Notes under the pieces: generated by a model
Told to the model about the DNA's origin: nothing
The model's input: only the letters and a program-made list of their open reading frames with translations
The model's database searches: none
Shown: one piece after another, positions 57,831 to 64,000 of the stretch
How positions within the stretch are numbered: position 1 is the first letter of the stretch
How the letters are laid out: each line of letters begins with the position of its first letter
Translations under genes and position numbers: made by a program
Assembly (NCBI GenBank): GCA_021820565.1
Contig: JAKADL010000001.1
Coordinates: 2,786 to 66,785, forward strand
Length of the DNA: 64,000 nt
Origin: Thermoplasmata archaeon
GTDB lineage: Archaea; Thermoplasmatota; Thermoplasmata; Thermoplasmatales; Thermoplasmataceae
Reading direction: 5' to 3'

Positions 57831-59288
57831 ATGGAAAAAACTGAAATAAGCCTGAATGAATACAGGGTTTTAGATTATATCAAGGACAAAAGAGATGTGC
57901 CGGAAGATTCACTTGACCTGGATATGGATGAACGTATCAAATCAAGTGCCGTGTCCTATCTTGAATTCAAAAAACTTATTGATGTCAGAAAGGAACCATC
58001 TGATACATTTACCGTTACAGAAGAAGGGAAAAAGTATATTGACCACGGATTTCCTGAGGAAAGACTCTACAAATTTTTGATGGAAAGAGGAGAATGCGGC
58101 CTTGAAGAGATCAAAAAATACATGGGGGATGACTATAAAATAGCAATGGCAAATATAGCAAAGATGGGGTTAAAGCCTGTCAATGGCACTTTAAGATTGG
58201 AAGATGGCGAATTTCTCAGTTTATTTCAATCAAGGAGGGATGCTCTTATCAGTATTAAAGGGGGGAATAAAATTCCTGATGAATTGCTGGATGTTTTTAT
58301 ACACAGAGGACTTGTGACACGGCACAGGGCCGTAAAGCGGATAATCAATATAAATAAGAATGGCATTTCAACCCTGCAGAACTATGAAAACAATGATTAT
58401 CTTGAAATTCTTACCCCAGAACTCATTGCTTCCGGCCAATGGAAAAACAGGAATTTCAGGCCTTATGACCTGAATTCAAGGGTCGAGCAGGTTAATGGTG
58501 GAGGATTGCATCCCCTGACATATTTAATAGAAAACGTAAGGAAGATATTCCTTGAAATGGGGTTCACAGAAATGCATGGCCATTTTATAGAATATACTGG
58601 ATGGAATATGGATATGCTTTTTATTCCACAGGATCATCCTGCAAGAGACCTACAGGATACATTCTACATAAACTCCGGAGAGGATATAGAATTTGAAAAC
58701 CCGGAGATACTTGAAATGGTAAAAAAAATACATGAAAGAGGATACGGGAAATACAGTGGCTGGAACTATAAATGGTCCGAGGAAGAGGCCAGAAAATTGA
58801 TTCTAAGGACACACACAACTGTTAATACGGTAAGATACCTTTATAATCACCGGGATAGCCCACAATTTGTTTTCTCCATAGAAAAGGTATTCAGGCATGA
58901 AAGCGTGGACTGGAAACATCTTTCCGAACTTTACCAGATAGAGGGTGCAGTTTATGGATCGAATGTTAATTTATCCACACTGAAATGGCTTCTCAGAGAA
59001 TTTTATTCCCGGCTGGGATTCAACAACATAAGATTGATCCCATCCTATTATCCATATACCGAGCCCAGCATGGATGTTGCGGTAGATATAAATGGAAAGG
59101 AAGTAGAGCTGGGTGGTTCCGGAATATTCAGACCTGAGGTTACAAGGCCCATGGGACTGAAATCTCCCGTGCTTGCCTTCGGACTCGGACTCGAAAGGCT
59201 GGCAATGCTCTATTATAATTTAAATGATATACGGGAAATATACAATAGTGACCTCGACTGGCTCAAAAATTATAAAATAAGGTTTTGA
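57831..59288 (+). CDS. pheS: Phenylalanine--tRNA ligase alpha subunit
   Basis: 485 aa with class II motifs (HPARDLQDTFY, FRHE, GSGIFRPEV, GLGLERLAML). Confidence 0.92.
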   Translation: MEKTEISLNEYRVLDYIKDKRDVPEDSLDLDMDERIKSSAVSYLEFKKLIDVRKEPSDTFTVTEEGKKYIDHGFPEERLYKFLMERGECGLEEIKKYMGDDYKIAMANIAKMGLKPVNGTLRLEDGEFLSLFQSRRDALISIKGGNKIPDELLDVFIHRGLVTRHRAVKRIININKNGISTLQNYENNDYLEILTPELIASGQWKNRNFRPYDLNSRVEQVNGGGLHPLTYLIENVRKIFLEMGFTEMHGHFIEYTGWNMDMLFIPQDHPARDLQDTFYINSGEDIEFENPEILEMVKKIHERGYGKYSGWNYKWSEEEARKLILRTHTTVNTVRYLYNHRDSPQFVFSIEKVFRHESVDWKHLSELYQIEGAVYGSNVNLSTLKWLLREFYSRLGFNNIRLIPSYYPYTEPSMDVAVDINGKEVELGGSGIFRPEVTRPMGLKSPVLAFGLGLERLAMLYYNLNDIREIYNSDLDWLKNYKIRF

Positions 59289-59289
59289 A

Positions 59290-60522
59290 TTATGTTGCAG
59301 AAAGATCCTGCAATTTTTGTTTCGAAGGCAGCATCGGAAGCATGATAATTGATATTATGGAAAATACCAGCATTACCACCAGTGATGTATACAGAGATAT
59401 GTTTACATACAGTAGAAGCGTTACTATAGCAATGCCCACAGCGCCACCTACTATATTGCCGAAGCTCCACACAAGTGCATTGGATCTGGTTGAAAATTTC
59501 TGGGGAATTGTCTGGGCAACATAGCCGAGAAGCACCGGGAAGCTGGTAAATGCGAATATTGCATATAATAGATAGATTACTGTAACAAGGTAGACATTAT
59601 CTGTAAGGAGGAGTAAACCGAAAAACAGGGTTGATGCTACCGTGGTAACTGCGATTGTAAATTTTCCACCGTGTTTTTTTACCACCGTTCCAAAATATGG
59701 CTGCCCGAATACTGCACCTAGAAAACTTATGGTAACTATATCTCCCATGATTATTTTTGAATGGAACACATCATCAAAATAATCCGGCGTAAACGTAACT
59801 GTTCCAATGAGGAAAAATGCCCGGATAAATACTATTGCCGTGAGGATATATAGAAATTTGCTATATTTGGCGTATTCGGCCCTGGATGCTTTATCCTCCA
59901 CAGTGTTCTTGCGATGTTTTTCTCTATCTATTTTTATATACTTTGTCCTTTTAAAGAAATTTAATCCGGTGAAGATGATGAAAGCAGCTATGAGTGTATA
60001 TATGGAAATAACAATAAGCCCCCCGAAATGCCCGAAAAATAACATTGAATAAACCAGTAGTGATGGTATTAAGGCCCTCCCGAGACTGCCAAATGACCCG
60101 TTTATTCCCATGGCAGACGAGGATTCCTGCTTCCCGTAGGTGAATGCTAGGATGGTTGCCCCGATAGGATGGTAGAAAGCCTGCCCTGCCCCCAGAATCA
60201 CTGATGCCACCAGTATTATATAAGTAGCATATGCTTCATATAAAAATACGAATCCGAACAATATTGCGGAAAGTGCCTCAAGAAATATGCCTGCAAATAT
60301 GAGCAGACCATCACGGTCTATCCTGTCGGCCAGTTTGCCTATTGACGGGCCGAGCAGTCCAGATAACAGATTGTAAATTATAGCCATCACACCCAAAAAT
60401 GCTATGCTTACATGAGGTATGACCTTATAATATGCAATCAGGGTCGGGAAAAGCAGGAAATTTCCGTCATTAGCAAAATGGCCGAGGGAAGTAAATATCA
60501 ATGATTTTCTGGTATCTTTCAT
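59290..60522 (-). CDS. MFS transporter
   Basis: 410 aa with 12 hydrophobic helices and an MFS loop motif GKLADRIDRDG. Confidence 0.75.
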   Translation of the reverse strand: MKDTRKSLIFTSLGHFANDGNFLLFPTLIAYYKVIPHVSIAFLGVMAIIYNLLSGLLGPSIGKLADRIDRDGLLIFAGIFLEALSAILFGFVFLYEAYATYIILVASVILGAGQAFYHPIGATILAFTYGKQESSSAMGINGSFGSLGRALIPSLLVYSMLFFGHFGGLIVISIYTLIAAFIIFTGLNFFKRTKYIKIDREKHRKNTVEDKASRAEYAKYSKFLYILTAIVFIRAFFLIGTVTFTPDYFDDVFHSKIIMGDIVTISFLGAVFGQPYFGTVVKKHGGKFTIAVTTVASTLFFGLLLLTDNVYLVTVIYLLYAIFAFTSFPVLLGYVAQTIPQKFSTRSNALVWSFGNIVGGAVGIAIVTLLLYVNISLYTSLVVMLVFSIISIIMLPMLPSKQKLQDLSAT

Positions 60523-60577
60523 TTTAACTTAAGTAGAAAACTGTATAAATATTTTTACTAAATTATTTACCGGTAAA

Positions 60578-62911
60578 TTATTTAAAAAAATCCTCTATGT
60601 TTCGCTTTCCGGGTTTTTCCTGAAATGAATCGGTAATTTTACTCTGTGGATTTTTGAATACAGTTACCTCCCTGTCCAGGCTTTCCAGTACCCTGTTGAG
60701 TGTTTCCTGAAGCCTCTTGGAGTAATAGGTATAATCTGGCCTGTACGTGAATTCCTGCCCATCGATGAATGGCTCCACTCCCTGGGGAGTTTTATTTGCA
60801 TCCGTAACGATCCATGAAACCTTCATTCCCGGAATAAATGTTTCTCCCCTTTCTATTAATTTTTTGGCTGCATTTACATTGGCCATGGAATCTGCATTCT
60901 TATACGTGGAAAAATTCTTTACACTTCTGGATATAACCAGCCTGCTGTTATCTATTGTTCCTGCCGCAACTTCCTTTATTAGGTTTTCTGCGTATTTTTT
61001 TGCTCCTTCCACGTCCCTTGATAATATCAGATCAAATACCCGGGATAGTGCCTCACTCTGCAGGTCGAAAGAATCTGTACGCCTTGTTTCGTATCCTCTT
61101 ACCAGGATTTCTCCGGCCGAGGAAGGTGGATATACAATCTTTCCCGCGTATCTTTTCTTGGCACCGTGTGAAAATAATGGGTCCATGATTTTCTCGAACT
61201 CAAGAATAAGCTGCTCACGTTCCGATATCTCTGAACTCAGTTTATGCCCGTATTCTATAGCCTCATCCAGTGTTTTCTTTCCGGATTCTATGAAAATGGA
61301 ATCTGTATCCCCGTATATGACTTTATTACCAGTTTTTTCCAGATCATCGATTATAGACGTTATTGTATTTCTTGCAAAGGCCGTGATCGCACTGCTTATT
61401 TCCCTGTTAGTGAACCGGTAAAAGGAAGTGCCAAGAACTCCATAAAATGTGTTCATCAACACTTTTATAGCAGCCTGCAGCCCATCCAGGTACTCATAAT
61501 TGGCCTTATCAGTCTTCATCTGTTTCTTGACCTCGTCACGTTTTTTCATGAGCTGTTCTAGCAAATCAGGTATCAATCCTTTCTTGACATCCGCTGAAAG
61601 GAACTTGGCACCGTTGGGGGCCACAATGGTTCCTTCACTACTCAGGGTTGTGAAACATATATTATATTTAATAATCATTGATGGGTACATACTTTTGAAG
61701 TCAAGTACGACTATCATATCAAAAAGCCCGGGATCCATGGTATGCACATAACCACCGGCATATGTATCATTAGAGAATTTGGATGAGCTCATGGGTACCC
61801 CTATGTTTTCCCGATCAGCCCTTCTTATCAGGAGGGAATCTACATAAGTGCTTGTTCCGCCATTGGTTACATCATCCAGTGGAAGCATGGAAACGGTTGA
61901 AAGATATAAATTTCTGTCCAGTATCCGTATTTGCCGGTATATCAGTAAAGCAAGCCTGGCATCCTTGATACAGTATTTTATAACATCGTCAGGTCTTTTT
62001 GCCCACTCATTTTCTATATCAAGCCGGTTTACGTTTTCCTTCCCCTCATTGAGTAGCAAATGAGAAACATAATTGAGCGTCTCATGCTTGGGATGCAGAA
62101 CCTTTCTCACCTCCCACCATGTGTCATCAATTACCCTTCCATGAAGCCTCCAGTACTGGTCCATTATCCTTCTTGGAGGAATAAAATCCCTTCCTATCCT
62201 GAACTGGATTCTGTTGAACCTCATTCTCTCCTCCAGGAGTGGCATATCATATCCATCTATGTTGTACCCTGTAATTAAATCAGGGTCCTCCTGCTGCACC
62301 AGTTTATTGAAATTTTCAAGTATTTCAGATTCCTTTCCCGTGAGTGAGCCCTCGGTTATATTCCCTCTGAAATATATAGAATATCCAATCACAAAAATTT
62401 GCCTTGTTGAGATGGAATTCTCTATATCAAAGGAAAATATTTTAAGCTGAGGATTGAAGTCATCTGTCTTTTTCACTTCATTTATTTTAATAACAAGGTC
62501 TGTTGTATAATTGTTCTTTTCTGATTCTGCAGATTCCCCCTCAATTTCCACTGTGGAGCCGAGATCAAAATCATATATGAACCGGTGGTGGAATGGTATA
62601 TCAGCAGCAAGTGCCTGACATGGGCAAATTTTCCTCAGTTCAGGAACCTTCCATGGAGATTTTATGAATATGCGCTTTACATTAACATATTTTCCATCCA
62701 GGAATAATTGTTTATCCTCCATTCTGATGAATTCTGGATTTGATTCAATGGATTTTATGCAAGATTGGTCTGGTTCAACATAATCAAAATATGGTTTGAA
62801 CCCGTAATACAGTGCAGTTATAGACTTGCTGTCCTCGGTACGGCCGAACAGTTCCACAGTCACATCGCTCTGCCTGTAGGATGCGGCAATAACTCTCATC
62901 TTAATTTTCAT
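60578..62911 (-). CDS. polB: DNA polymerase, family B
   Basis: 777 aa with Exo I FDIEN, pol motifs DFKSMYPSMII and KVLMNTFYGVLG, and YGDTDSIF. No intein-sized insertion. Confidence 0.93.
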   Translation of the reverse strand: MKIKMRVIAASYRQSDVTVELFGRTEDSKSITALYYGFKPYFDYVEPDQSCIKSIESNPEFIRMEDKQLFLDGKYVNVKRIFIKSPWKVPELRKICPCQALAADIPFHHRFIYDFDLGSTVEIEGESAESEKNNYTTDLVIKINEVKKTDDFNPQLKIFSFDIENSISTRQIFVIGYSIYFRGNITEGSLTGKESEILENFNKLVQQEDPDLITGYNIDGYDMPLLEERMRFNRIQFRIGRDFIPPRRIMDQYWRLHGRVIDDTWWEVRKVLHPKHETLNYVSHLLLNEGKENVNRLDIENEWAKRPDDVIKYCIKDARLALLIYRQIRILDRNLYLSTVSMLPLDDVTNGGTSTYVDSLLIRRADRENIGVPMSSSKFSNDTYAGGYVHTMDPGLFDMIVVLDFKSMYPSMIIKYNICFTTLSSEGTIVAPNGAKFLSADVKKGLIPDLLEQLMKKRDEVKKQMKTDKANYEYLDGLQAAIKVLMNTFYGVLGTSFYRFTNREISSAITAFARNTITSIIDDLEKTGNKVIYGDTDSIFIESGKKTLDEAIEYGHKLSSEISEREQLILEFEKIMDPLFSHGAKKRYAGKIVYPPSSAGEILVRGYETRRTDSFDLQSEALSRVFDLILSRDVEGAKKYAENLIKEVAAGTIDNSRLVISRSVKNFSTYKNADSMANVNAAKKLIERGETFIPGMKVSWIVTDANKTPQGVEPFIDGQEFTYRPDYTYYSKRLQETLNRVLESLDREVTVFKNPQSKITDSFQEKPGKRNIEDFFK

Positions 62912-63060
62912 TCATGTATAGTATCTGAAATCCATATATATTTTTGTCCAATTCCCGTATTGTCGCAGTTACAATATCTATAAGAATAAGATTTCTTATT
63001 ATGAAAAATAAATATTCCTGGAATCTACTTGCCGGTACCCGGGAATCAAATAACATCAGT

Positions 63061-63579
63061 TCATATAGGGTCTTCATCGTCCTTTGAGAGGTCTTTTATG
63101 CGGTTTATCCCGTCAAGGTCATTCATTATATTGTAAACTGTATCAGGTACATCTGATTTCCAGTTACCACCGTTCAGAATTTTTTGCCTGATTTTTGTAC
63201 CGGACCATGATGCCCTGTTCATCATGGGCATTGAAAGAACTTCATACTGTTTTTCATAGAAGAGACGTCTTACAAGCGGATTATTTGTATAAACCCTGTG
63301 AAATGGTGGTGTCAGTGATTCCACATGTGCAACCCACATAGGGTTGGAATTAACATCCTCGATTGGTACTATATAATAATTTGAAATACCACTATTTTCC
63401 AGTGTATTCAGTATCATGAGATAACGCTCACCGGCTGTAAAAGGATTCATGAGTGTATGTGAAAGCTGGGCACTTCCTATTCCTATAACAACGTATTCAT
63501 TATGTTCGAGTATGTGTTTTATTATTGCCAGATGCCCGTTGTGAAATGGCTGAAACCTGCCTATGATAAAAGCCTTCAT
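63061..63579 (-). CDS. nadM: Nicotinamide-nucleotide adenylyltransferase (archaeal NMNAT)
   Basis: 172 aa with GRFQPFHNGH and the SGTKIR motif. Confidence 0.88.
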   Translation of the reverse strand: MKAFIIGRFQPFHNGHLAIIKHILEHNEYVVIGIGSAQLSHTLMNPFTAGERYLMILNTLENSGISNYYIVPIEDVNSNPMWVAHVESLTPPFHRVYTNNPLVRRLFYEKQYEVLSMPMMNRASWSGTKIRQKILNGGNWKSDVPDTVYNIMNDLDGINRIKDLSKDDEDPI

Positions 63580-63639
63580 TTAACCGTAATCGGGATTTTA
63601 TAAATAAATCTTTATGAACAGGAAGAATTGAGTATTCCC

Positions 63640-64000
63640 CTATCCGCGATTGATTCCGTTGCTGTTCTGGAAATTTCCTGACCTTGAAGCATAGTTTTTT
63701 GCAGGTGCATTTATTTCATAAAAAACAATCTGTACGAACTTCATGCCTGAATTGATTCTGATAGACTCACCGAAATTATAAAATGTCATTGTAAGGTTTC
63801 CTGAAAAACCGGCGTCTACAAAACCGAATGAGGAAAATATCCCGTGCCGTGAATATCTGGATTTTATATACAGTGCTGCTACAATATTATCCGGCATGCT
63901 CAATTTCTCGAGGCTGGAAATAAAAAATAGCTGATTTTTTTCTACCGTTTCTCCACTATGTTCTCCTATCCTCAAATCATAGCCATTGGGTGTCAGGCAA
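63640..64000 (-). CDS. dcd: dCTP deaminase / dUTPase-fold protein, 5'-truncated by the window edge
   Basis: The reading frame stays open to the window end (...LTPNGYDLRIGEHSG...). Also contains GFVDAGFSGNLTMTFYN. The track ORF starts at an internal TTG. Confidence 0.75.
   Translation of the reverse strand, partial: CLTPNGYDLRIGEHSGETVEKNQLFFISSLEKLSMPDNIVAALYIKSRYSRHGIFSSFGFVDAGFSGNLTMTFYNFGESIRINSGMKFVQIVFYEINAPAKNYASRSGNFQNSNGINRG

Noticed and set aside
60578-62911. A check for inteins or frameshifts in polB, and likewise in rfcL at 52316-53551.
   Set aside because: Both ORFs are continuous and of normal length. The polymerase and clamp-loader motifs appear in the expected order with no insertion of intein size.
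1-64000. A scan for CRISPR arrays, rRNA genes, integrases or prophage genes, and toxin-antitoxin pairs.
   Set aside because: I saw no regularly spaced direct repeats, no rRNA-like G/C-rich untranslated blocks, and no integrase or transposase ORF. Neither tRNA gene is flanked by an integrase or a duplicated tRNA 3' end.

Overview
This is a 64-kb chromosomal window that looks AT-rich by eye. Gene content points to an acidophilic Thermoplasmatales-type euryarchaeon (Ferroplasma/Acidiplasma/Picrophilus-like). It carries archaeal information-processing genes (ribosomal protein L15e, RFC large subunit, family-B DNA polymerase, PheS alpha, Pop5-like protein, tRNA-Val and tRNA-Ser). It also carries a bacterial-type grpE-dnaK-dnaJ operon and a sulfur oxygenase reductase. 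Coding density is high, with many 4-nt start/stop overlaps. Recognisable modules, in order:
- sor
- grpE-dnaK-dnaJ
- thiL
- chorismate mutase plus prephenate dehydrogenase
- the AmmeMemoRadiSam triad
- a complete beta-oxidation cluster (acyl-CoA ligase, thiolase, two acyl-CoA dehydrogenase (ACAD) genes, and a divergent 3-hydroxyacyl-CoA dehydrogenase/enoyl-CoA hydratase fusion)
- a LysW-carrier amino-acid biosynthesis operon (lysW-lysY-lysZ-[insert]-lysJ-lysX-lysK)
- a cupin/SDR/cyclase/permease group
- OsmC
- a type-III P-type ATPase
- a trehalose cluster (GH15-otsA-otsB)
- two paralogous MIT-AAA+ (Vps4/CdvC-like) ATPases, one in an operon with a coiled-coil ESCRT-III-like protein
- an N-acylamino-acid racemase/M20/GNAT trio
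- housekeeping genes

The most unusual object is a gene for an IscB-type RuvC+HNH nuclease (the OMEGA, Cas9-ancestor family). It has a PLMP domain and sits exactly between lysZ and lysJ. A G/C-rich, hairpin-dense stretch precedes it, and I interpret that stretch as its omega RNA. No tnpA is nearby. A 57-aa lysW gene falls below the ORF-track size cutoff and was recovered by hand. I saw no CRISPR array, rRNA, integrase or prophage. All functional calls rest on motif recognition by eye and recalled family knowledge. No searches were run.
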